Sequence record: OR413575.1
Length of the DNA: 64,000 bases
Strand: one strand, 5' to 3'
In this document: positions 39,178-47,162 of the stretch, one piece after another
Position numbering within the stretch: position 1 is the stretch's first letter
Layout of the letters: each line of letters opens with the position of its first letter
Position numbers and translations under genes: made by a program
The notes under the pieces: generated by a model
Databases searched by the model: none
Seen by the model: only the letters and a program-made list of their open reading frames with translations
What the model was told of the DNA's origin: nothing

Positions 39178-41505
39178 ATGATCCGTAAATCCAATAATGG
39201 TTCATCCGCTGCGTTTACCAACGTGATGAGCAAAATCCGTAGCACCATCACCGGCGGTCTTAACGTTCTGCCTGCCAAAGACAAAGTTGGCAACATCGGT
39301 ATCTCTGTAGAGAACTACAGCACCGATGATCAGGTGATTTTCGATAATGCTATCGATCACCTGGAAAAAGGCTTCCAGAGCATCTCTACCGAAGCATTCA
39401 ACCTGGCTGACTCCATGTCTGCCGCTCAGGGCGAAAACGCTGCGAACCAGGGCGGTCTGCACTACACCTCCCTGCAGAACAAAAACTGGATGAGCGATCG
39501 CCAGAAAGAAGTTTCTGTTGAATCTGCAACCATCCTGGGCCTGGGCCACAACTCCCCTGGCAAATACATGGAAATCCAGCCGAACGAATTCGGTAAAGAT
39601 GTCCGCCTGAACCAGATGCACACTTCTGGCAGCTTCGGTACTCATGCCGTTGTTGGTGAAGATGCTCGCCCGGCTATGGAATCGTTCGACGAAACCGAAA
39701 CCGAAAAATGGCGTGAATTCTCCTACGCTGTCAACCTGATGGCCGCTAAGACTCACCCGTTCGCTGAACTGTTCTATCCGCTGTACGTAACCACTCCTGA
39801 AAACGCTGGCTGGCTGATGACTATCCGTCGTACCATGGTTTGGGAAGGTTTCCAGCAGACTGAACTGAACGGCAAAGGCGTCGAGATGCGTAAAACCAAC
39901 GCCCTCGAAGCACTGCTCGAGTACAAAGTTCTGGAAACTGACAGCACCCGTCTGTATCCGGTACTGACCGATGAAAACAAAGAGTGGTTCATCGACGACG
40001 CAGTTGTTGCACCGCAGCCGAAAGAGCAGGGCGCTGATAAGTTCGAAACTCAGTACCTGAAGTTCAACACTGATCACATGTTCAACCTGATCAACCTGGC
40101 GCAGACTCCTAGCCGTATGGCTAAAGGTGCTCCGAACTTCACTGACTCTCTGGACCGTCGTATCGCTCTGGAAGAAGTCGTGCTGAAAGTTGGCGACGAC
40201 GTAATCATCCTGCCAGTTAACCGTGATACCAACGCGCAGTTCCTGGCACCGCGTGAATACAACTTCCGTGATATGCACCTGAAGTTCCACCCGACTCAGC
40301 TGACCCTGAAGCCGGAAAACCTGAACACTGATGATGAGATCCCTGCATCTCTGAAAGCACTGTTCGACAAAGGTTACGGCCTGACCTTCGGCATGAAAGT
40401 CGACGGTGAAGCGAACGTGGAAAGCGGTAACGCGCAGGTTCGTGTTGCGAACGTACAGTTCACTGGCGCGTTCAAACTGGACAAGCCGACCGAAGTTCTG
40501 GCACTGGACGACGCACTGATCAAAGCTGACGTACCGGCTTCTATCAGCGCTGAAGGTTTCAGCCTGGAAGCACGTCTGACCAACCTTAACCAGCTGGAAC
40601 GTGGTAAACTGGTTGACTCCGACGTACAGAAAGAAGGTTTCATCATCCCAACTCTGTCCCCGATCTGTATCGTTAAACCGAGCCAGATGGATGACGACAA
40701 AGTTTATCCGAAGATCGAATCCCTTCAGTTCGTTTATCGCACCATGATGCGTAACGACTCTGTTACCGCGCTGCTGAACCGTGCCGAAGTCCTGGAAAAA
40801 ACTCTGGGTAACGGCGTAACTCACGGTCTGGAATCTCACCTGGGTATGGAAGGTCTGGGTCAGTACTACTACCGTCCGCACTTCGAACGTATCGAGATCG
40901 ATGTGGAAGCAGAACTGAACAACCTGACCTCTAACGCTAAACTGAGCGACATCCAGGGTCTGATCGTTGCACGCATGAACGAAGTGATCTACCGCGTGAA
41001 CAAAGCGACCGGTTACTCTGCAGCACTGGAAGAGCAGTTCCCTGGCTCTACTCCTAAGCCGCACGTAGCTATCGGTACTGACCTGTACCTGCCGCAGTTC
41101 ATCATGGTTCCTGGTGACGACCGTACCGTTTCTATCGGTTTCGATCACACCATCGCTTCCATCTCCGACCTGCGTATGAGCAACAAGATCGTCATGCAGT
41201 TCACCCTGCCGGGCGAGAAAGAACCTCATCCGATGCAGTCCGGTGTTTGCGGCATGATCCCTGAGTATCTGGCTAACTTCCAGATGATCCGTGATCAGCG
41301 TATCGCTAACGAAATCCGTCTGACTCCACGCTACCGTTACTTCAACTTCACCTGCGTCATGATCGTCATCGACGTCGTGAACCTGGAAGAAGCAGTTGCG
41401 AAACGTACTGCGATGAACATGAACAGCAAAGACGTTAAAGCGTTCCCAGGCGAAGTAGCTCCAACCGAACCAGTTGATCCGGTTGATCCAGGTAATGGCG
41501 GTTGA
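39178..41505 (+). CDS. major capsid protein (phiKZ gp120-like; 775 aa precursor)
   Basis: Size; extreme codon optimisation; propeptide with ISVE, ISTE, VSVE, PAME|SFD sites; C-terminal PRYRYF motif; position after DnaB. Confidence 0.9.
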   Translation: MIRKSNNGSSAAFTNVMSKIRSTITGGLNVLPAKDKVGNIGISVENYSTDDQVIFDNAIDHLEKGFQSISTEAFNLADSMSAAQGENAANQGGLHYTSLQNKNWMSDRQKEVSVESATILGLGHNSPGKYMEIQPNEFGKDVRLNQMHTSGSFGTHAVVGEDARPAMESFDETETEKWREFSYAVNLMAAKTHPFAELFYPLYVTTPENAGWLMTIRRTMVWEGFQQTELNGKGVEMRKTNALEALLEYKVLETDSTRLYPVLTDENKEWFIDDAVVAPQPKEQGADKFETQYLKFNTDHMFNLINLAQTPSRMAKGAPNFTDSLDRRIALEEVVLKVGDDVIILPVNRDTNAQFLAPREYNFRDMHLKFHPTQLTLKPENLNTDDEIPASLKALFDKGYGLTFGMKVDGEANVESGNAQVRVANVQFTGAFKLDKPTEVLALDDALIKADVPASISAEGFSLEARLTNLNQLERGKLVDSDVQKEGFIIPTLSPICIVKPSQMDDDKVYPKIESLQFVYRTMMRNDSVTALLNRAEVLEKTLGNGVTHGLESHLGMEGLGQYYYRPHFERIEIDVEAELNNLTSNAKLSDIQGLIVARMNEVIYRVNKATGYSAALEEQFPGSTPKPHVAIGTDLYLPQFIMVPGDDRTVSIGFDHTIASISDLRMSNKIVMQFTLPGEKEPHPMQSGVCGMIPEYLANFQMIRDQRIANEIRLTPRYRYFNFTCVMIVIDVVNLEEAVAKRTAMNMNSKDVKAFPGEVAPTEPVDPVDPGNGG

Positions 41506-41673
41506 CTACACGAAATCTTCAAGGGTGAAGTATTAGGTGGTTTTGCGCTACCTGCCTTGGAGATCACTGGATTCATGGAAGCAGAATCTGGTGGCACTGT
41601 AGACACTGAGGCAGGACGTCCCATTCAGTTGGAGAAGTCACCTAAGCGGGCAAGGAAGTCAAAGCGTCGCTAA
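41506..41673 (+). CDS. in-frame 55-aa extension of MCP (putative UGA readthrough)
   Basis: LHEIFKGEVLGGFALPALEITGFMEAESGGTVDTEAGRPIQLEKSPKRARKSKRR, in frame after TGA and before the terminator; two motifs shared with other virion ORFs. Confidence 0.75.
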   Translation, partial: LHEIFKGEVLGGFALPALEITGFMEAESGGTVDTEAGRPIQLEKSPKRARKSKRR

Positions 41674-41683
41674 GTAGTCAATA

Positions 41684-41722
41684 GAATAGCTGGAGCCCTT
41701 CGGGGTTCCAGCTTTCTTTTTT
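41684..41722 (+). terminator. intrinsic terminator of the MCP transcript
   Basis: AGCTGGAGCCC-TTCG-GGGTTCCAGCT plus T-rich tail. Confidence 0.85.
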
Positions 41723-41770
41723 GCCGCCACTTTGTTTATATATGGATATTACTGTCAGACGTCTAACTAT

Positions 41771-41800
41771 TTTTAAGATATACATTATCTAGGTGAAGTA
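41771..41800 (+). promoter_or_regulatory. putative early promoter
   Basis: TTTTAAG-ATATAC-ATTAT-CTAGGTGAAG, same layout as 1191 and 8874. Confidence 0.6.
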
Positions 41801-41842
41801 CTCGGAATGTGGGACTATTAACTTACCGATATAGGCTCACCA

Positions 41843-43048
41843 ATGTTTAATTATATCAATCCTGATAGATCAGACGTTGGAGCTTCTGGTTCTAGCTTTG
41901 CGTATACTCTAAATATTGAGAACGTAACTAGCCATAACCTCTACGTCTTTGGCAGAGGAGGATTCCGTGCAACGGTGCCTCCGAGCTTAAGCAGTGAGAA
42001 AAGAGAAGGAATCTACTTTAGTCGCAACGTCGTAGGCGGTTCTAATGTTGAACTAACTAAAGATAGTGATTATCGAATCCATGAACCTAAAGGTGGCAGC
42101 AATCCTAATTATAAAGGAAAACGTCAAGGGAAGGTTGTGGCAGATGACTATTACCATGTCGCGCAAGTGAATGGTAATCAAACTGGACTCCTGTATATTC
42201 AAAAGTTAGATATCGCATTGTCGTTTAAAGATTTCTTAGACGATGATGATCACCCATTTAGGAATGACGGAATTATAGACCGGGCATTATCTGAACGAGG
42301 TGATATTATTGATTCCGCATCAGCACGATTAGGATTCATGTTAGTAAACTCAAAAGGTACGAACATCGGCCCACGATATATAAACGTAGGCGGACAAGTG
42401 TTTCGTATTAACCCATCAACTATAGAAGGTCTTGAACCTGGCTTACATGTTCTCTGGGACGGTGCCGCCTCCTTATCAGGCGACAACGATACAATCGGTA
42501 AGAAAGTTTACCCATTGTCAGAGATCGATAAGAAAGATTTCGAGTATCGCCTATTTAGAACCTACGAAGAAGCAACTGATGAAGCACAGGCCGCTATAAA
42601 GGAACGTGAGTTATTAGAGCAGAAACGACGGTTCGAAGAACAGAAATTAGAAAGGGATTTGATTGCAACAGTTCGGAAGGATGAATACGAACAAAGAAGT
42701 ATTGAAAGAAAGGATACGCATGAGGAACGTAGTAATGCTAGAAAAGATTATTACGATGAACGTAATGCTGATCGTAAGGATTCAGCCGATGCATTAAAAT
42801 GGATAGTAGGTATCGCTGGAGTTGGTTTCGCGGTGTTTAAATCAAGTACGAAGTTTGCGGCTATCGCGTCGTCTGGATTCACACCAGCAGGAATTGCCTT
42901 GGGAGCAGTAGGTTTGTTAGCACAACCGCCGACGATACTAGCCCAAGCAGCGACATGTACTGCTTCGGTAGTCAAGTCAGTAGTAGAAAAATCTTTGTCT
43001 GTGGTGGGTACAGCTTGTAGGTTTGTATCCCGATTGTTTAGTTGGTAA
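41843..43048 (+). CDS. conserved protein with coiled coil, 11-aa RKD repeats and hydrophobic C-terminus (401 aa)
   Basis: RKDEYEQRSIE-RKDTHEERSNA-RKDYYDERNAD-RKDSAD, then WIVGIAGVGFAVF. Confidence 0.7.
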   Translation: MFNYINPDRSDVGASGSSFAYTLNIENVTSHNLYVFGRGGFRATVPPSLSSEKREGIYFSRNVVGGSNVELTKDSDYRIHEPKGGSNPNYKGKRQGKVVADDYYHVAQVNGNQTGLLYIQKLDIALSFKDFLDDDDHPFRNDGIIDRALSERGDIIDSASARLGFMLVNSKGTNIGPRYINVGGQVFRINPSTIEGLEPGLHVLWDGAASLSGDNDTIGKKVYPLSEIDKKDFEYRLFRTYEEATDEAQAAIKERELLEQKRRFEEQKLERDLIATVRKDEYEQRSIERKDTHEERSNARKDYYDERNADRKDSADALKWIVGIAGVGFAVFKSSTKFAAIASSGFTPAGIALGAVGLLAQPPTILAQAATCTASVVKSVVEKSLSVVGTACRFVSRLFSW

Positions 43049-43066
43049 TATAATTAGGAGGCATCT

Positions 43067-44701
43067 GTGGATGCAGATTATTGGAAGTACAGTGTAAAGG
43101 ATGAACCAAAGTTTAATGAAGACGTTTGCGCTGGCTTCGTTACCAAACAACTAGAAGACGTTGTATCATGGATTGATAAGTTTATCCGCTCTACGAGCAA
43201 TTCTTTCCCGCCAACATTCCGCTATGTAGGTATCTCAGTACCCGGTCCTTTTGAACAGTATCGTCGTAACGTCTTGGAGAAAGACGCTAAGCGCGAATTT
43301 AACATCGCTGAATCTGATATGTTTCTCTGCGATCTAGAGTTCGAATTCGACGACAAAGGCGACAGGTTAAAGATCTTTCATGAACTATGGCTCCCGTTTG
43401 GACGCCAGGGTAATCAGATCAAGATCAAAGGCTCTATGGCAACACTTCATCCGGTTCAGGCTGACAGATTCGTATCAGTCACACAGACCGGTCTATTCTT
43501 CATTATACAGCGTGCTAAGTTCAACCTTGACAAGTTGGACGTTACGGTATCGAAAGACGGTAGCGTGTACACTGGGATCGTTCTGAAGGCATTCCTGCAT
43601 AACGAATCGAAAGTTAAGAAGGATAGCGAAAAGTGGGCTTCGCCAACTACAGGACATTATCTGTTCTGTAAGTACGGTGTAACAGAGGTATTCCGTCGCT
43701 ATTACAATAGCGAAGTGTACATCTGCCGTGAAGATGATTTGGACGATCGTTACGATCCAGATCAACATTACGTTATTACATCGAAAGCGGTACATGGTCG
43801 TATCAAAGCACAGCGTCAGTCAGGCGAGAATGGTTATACGGATATCCGTACGCCTTATGCCATGATTGTAGATCGCGAGTTGTTTGATACATCCAAGGGT
43901 TTTGTCAACCTCGTACTGTCATTCTTCTACGTTACCGATCGTCACAATGACTCGTTTAACTTCGAGGATATCGATCGCCCAGAAGATTGGCTCAAGACTT
44001 TGGCGTATGCATCGTTCAGGGTTTATACCGACTTACCGGTTAACCTGAATAAGATTGAATCTCATATGGCCTCTCTCGAAGATTATATCGACGAGATGAC
44101 CAAAGAGATTATTATCGAAGAAGGTTTAGAATCTATCGATACAATCTACGACTTGTTCGTATATGCTAACGACAATGTTATCGAGTTGATGCAAAATACA
44201 GATATCGGTTCCATGTGGGGCAAATATCTCATGGTTAAGCGTTACGTGTTATCGAGCATTACTTTCCAGATTATCAATCTGTGCTGGGAACTGAGTAAGA
44301 ACCGTGACAAGCTAACCTACAAGTCAATCAAGTGGTGGATTGGTGTACGTCTACCTAAGACGTGTTTCCTGGGTATCACGAAAGGACATGGTGAGAAAAC
44401 CAACGTTCAATATCCTGGCGACAATATGCTGTTCAAGCATACATTAATCTCCGTCCGGCAAATCGACGCAGTTATTACTGCGAATGGTAAGGCTAAAATC
44501 AATGTAGATGATCCATCGTATCACTTACATCCATCTATATTCGATTCGGGTAGTGTCGTTAACTTCCCTAAGCCTAACCCAGATGGCCGTAACAAACTTA
44601 ACCCATTTATCACAACCGATGAAGACGGCAAGATCTTGCCTAATCCAGACACGTACGACTTGCTTATGTCAGTACGGGATGAAATCGGATTTGATCACTA
44701 A
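43067..44701 (+). CDS. non-virion RNA polymerase beta N-terminal subunit (phiKZ gp123-like)
   Basis: LWLPFGRQGNQIKIKGSMATLHPV and LHPSIFDSGSVVNFPKPNPDGRNKLNPF correspond to beta conserved regions; GTG start with AGGAGG. Confidence 0.8.
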   Translation: MDADYWKYSVKDEPKFNEDVCAGFVTKQLEDVVSWIDKFIRSTSNSFPPTFRYVGISVPGPFEQYRRNVLEKDAKREFNIAESDMFLCDLEFEFDDKGDRLKIFHELWLPFGRQGNQIKIKGSMATLHPVQADRFVSVTQTGLFFIIQRAKFNLDKLDVTVSKDGSVYTGIVLKAFLHNESKVKKDSEKWASPTTGHYLFCKYGVTEVFRRYYNSEVYICREDDLDDRYDPDQHYVITSKAVHGRIKAQRQSGENGYTDIRTPYAMIVDRELFDTSKGFVNLVLSFFYVTDRHNDSFNFEDIDRPEDWLKTLAYASFRVYTDLPVNLNKIESHMASLEDYIDEMTKEIIIEEGLESIDTIYDLFVYANDNVIELMQNTDIGSMWGKYLMVKRYVLSSITFQIINLCWELSKNRDKLTYKSIKWWIGVRLPKTCFLGITKGHGEKTNVQYPGDNMLFKHTLISVRQIDAVITANGKAKINVDDPSYHLHPSIFDSGSVVNFPKPNPDGRNKLNPFITTDEDGKILPNPDTYDLLMSVRDEIGFDH

Positions 44702-44727
44702 TTTAAAAGAATATTGAGGACTTACAA

Positions 44728-47112
44728 ATGGCTCGTTATACTAATGATCGTAACCGTTCCCGTGGCCGTGATGATCGCGACGATCGTCGCCGTGGACGTG
44801 ACCGTAGAGATGACCGTGACGTTATCTCTCCGGAAGATGTAGAAGATATGTTAGCAGATACGTTGATTGATCTGGAACGTAACCAGATTAAACCAGCGTG
44901 TGCTGCTCTGTTCGATGAATTCGGAGATGAAATTGCGGATCGTAATTATCGCAACAAACACTTCGATGCAATCATCAAGTTAACCTTTAAAGTGGTTAGC
45001 GCTATCGTCGAGCTCGAAGATGCAGTACCGGATGAAGGATATATGGCAGATCTGCTGGAAGGCGGGATGGCGTATTACTTCGATAAGAAAGGTTATCTGC
45101 GTGATGTAGAAGACGCGCGTGATGCGGATGACATTGAAGATCTGGCGAGAGATTTCGATGATCAAATTCATGATCTGGAGCGTGACCTGCGTGGTAATCG
45201 TGGACGTGGGCGTAATAACGATCGCCGTCGCGGACGTGACGAACGTGATGATAGTGGTTTCCGTCGTCGTGAAGATCGTAATCACCGTGGCTCTAACCGT
45301 GATCGTCGTCGTTCGGAAGAAGCACCGTCTCGTGGGCGCAGCACTAACACCCGTAGTCGTAAGGTTGAATATACCTGCCATGACGATTATGGATTTGAAT
45401 ATCGCGTAACGGATGAACCGCTGGGCCGTACTGCTTTGATTCAGCTGTCTAAGAACGCTTACCAACACGCCGTAACTAATGGTGGTATGGAAAATGATCT
45501 GAGTACTCGTCCTGATTGGGAACTGAACTGGCGTGCAGATTATTTCCTGCACAACAACTTCGAACCAGTTGGCGAAGCAGCTGATCTGATCGCTGAGCGT
45601 AATGGTACTACTGCCAAGGCAGAACGCACGGAGCGTAAACCTGCACCTGTACCGGCACCTAGTCGCGATGCCAAATTAAATAACTGGCGTGGGCGCAACA
45701 CCATGCCTAAAACCTCTCAGCAAATCAACCGTGAACAAGAGGGTGAACAAGTAGCTGCTAAACCGTCTTACGAATTCGTAGACGAAGCACCTGCTAAAGT
45801 ATCCTTCAATGCAGCTAAAGAAGATGCAACCAAACTACCGCATATGCTCTTGGAAGAGTATGTAGCTTTGGGTGTTGATGTATCTGACGAGGCATTCATC
45901 ATGTCTCGTGAAGTTGCACCACTGGTAGGCGAAACACCAGTGGCATTCGACCCAGATGTTGTACGTCTGGAATGGACTCTGAACCCGTTAGGCTATCGCC
46001 AACAATCTGCACGAGCTATCGATATGAATATTGATGACCATATGATCCCGACCTTCGGCACCAGTAAAGGTGTTAAAGCACGTAAGGGTCGTAAAGACGT
46101 TGTTGAAATGGTAGCTAATCCGCAGCGTGTAACTGTGCCTGAATTGCATGTACGCATTGATGACCAAGTTACGAAATACGCTGAGCTGCTGAAACAATGG
46201 GAAGAAGACAATAGCGGCCTGCCAGAAGATCTCCGTAAAGATCGTCCGGCTGAACCAGGCGCTATTGCAGTAAGTAACAAAGTGATTTCCTTCGGTGAAG
46301 TTATCGAAGGCGCATCTGTTGAAGCAATCATTGATGAAGCTCAACTGCGTATCGCTGAAATGTCTGACAAGATCGAACACAACAGTCCGATCGAAGTTGA
46401 AGGTTTGGTAAGCCGTGGCCTGTATGCAACTACTTCTCCGGAAGAGATGAGTAACATCCTGGAAGCAATGAAAGTATTCACTCCAGCGAACGAATCCATC
46501 GAAGTACAGCATCCTGCATATGGCCTGTCCATCCCTGATTATTACAATGCTTTACATCGTTCTATCGGGATCATTCCAGAAAACCTGTGGATCTGGATCA
46601 ACGAACGTATGACCACTATCATTAACGACATCATGAAGAACTCCATGGGCGCTGAATGCTACATCGAAGACTTCTACGGTGATGCTAAAGATATGCTCGA
46701 TGGCCTGCGTAATATTAGTGATGATCTGTACGAAGCATTCATGATCTACGTACGTGAAAACCGTCAACGTTTCCAGATCATTGCTCCGGGTAATGGTCGT
46801 AAAGCAGTGTGGGTTTGTGAATATGCTCGCGTTACAGTTGTAATCATGCCGGTTAGCCAAGCTGACATTGGCGCGGTAATCGACGGCGACGACAATCCAA
46901 GCAAGTTCGCAGTTAACCGCGATATGTATCCTAAACTGAACCACGCACTGACCACTATGGTTAAGCGTTCTAGTTCAGCTGACAACGCTACTATCACCGG
47001 CCGTTTTGTAATGTTCAATACGGGCGCAATGTATGCACTGGATAAACCGCAGTTCTCTACCCGTATGGCTAAACATATGGATAAAACTACTTACTTCTTA
47101 ACTCGTCGTTAA
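44728..47112 (+). CDS. conserved protein with Arg/Asp-rich disordered N-terminal regions (794 aa)
   Basis: GAGGA RBS; RD/RR-rich segments at aa ~1-35 and ~150-210. Confidence 0.75.
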   Translation: MARYTNDRNRSRGRDDRDDRRRGRDRRDDRDVISPEDVEDMLADTLIDLERNQIKPACAALFDEFGDEIADRNYRNKHFDAIIKLTFKVVSAIVELEDAVPDEGYMADLLEGGMAYYFDKKGYLRDVEDARDADDIEDLARDFDDQIHDLERDLRGNRGRGRNNDRRRGRDERDDSGFRRREDRNHRGSNRDRRRSEEAPSRGRSTNTRSRKVEYTCHDDYGFEYRVTDEPLGRTALIQLSKNAYQHAVTNGGMENDLSTRPDWELNWRADYFLHNNFEPVGEAADLIAERNGTTAKAERTERKPAPVPAPSRDAKLNNWRGRNTMPKTSQQINREQEGEQVAAKPSYEFVDEAPAKVSFNAAKEDATKLPHMLLEEYVALGVDVSDEAFIMSREVAPLVGETPVAFDPDVVRLEWTLNPLGYRQQSARAIDMNIDDHMIPTFGTSKGVKARKGRKDVVEMVANPQRVTVPELHVRIDDQVTKYAELLKQWEEDNSGLPEDLRKDRPAEPGAIAVSNKVISFGEVIEGASVEAIIDEAQLRIAEMSDKIEHNSPIEVEGLVSRGLYATTSPEEMSNILEAMKVFTPANESIEVQHPAYGLSIPDYYNALHRSIGIIPENLWIWINERMTTIINDIMKNSMGAECYIEDFYGDAKDMLDGLRNISDDLYEAFMIYVRENRQRFQIIAPGNGRKAVWVCEYARVTVVIMPVSQADIGAVIDGDDNPSKFAVNRDMYPKLNHALTTMVKRSSSADNATITGRFVMFNTGAMYALDKPQFSTRMAKHMDKTTYFLTRR

Positions 47113-47122
47113 GAGTGACATC

Positions 47123-47157
47123 AAAAAGAAGGGCCCAACGGCCCTTCTTTTTTTTTT
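47123..47157. terminator. bidirectional terminator
   Basis: AAAAAGAAGGGCC-caac-GGCCCTTCTTTTT between convergent genes. Confidence 0.9.
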
Positions 47158-47162
47158 GCTTC

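Noticed and set aside
39202-41229. 675-aa antisense ORF opposite the MCP
   Set aside because: Shadow ORF: the optimised MCP avoids TTA/CTA/TCA codons, which removes antisense stops; no RBS and no protein-like motifs
41575-41673. Independent 32-aa ORF from ATG 41575
   Set aside because: Not excluded (GGAG ~12 nt upstream) but disfavoured because conserved residues extend 23 codons upstream of the ATG, right up to the MCP stop
45993-46944. Cluster of minus-strand ORFs inside the 794-aa gene
   Set aside because: Antisense shadows without RBS or plausible composition
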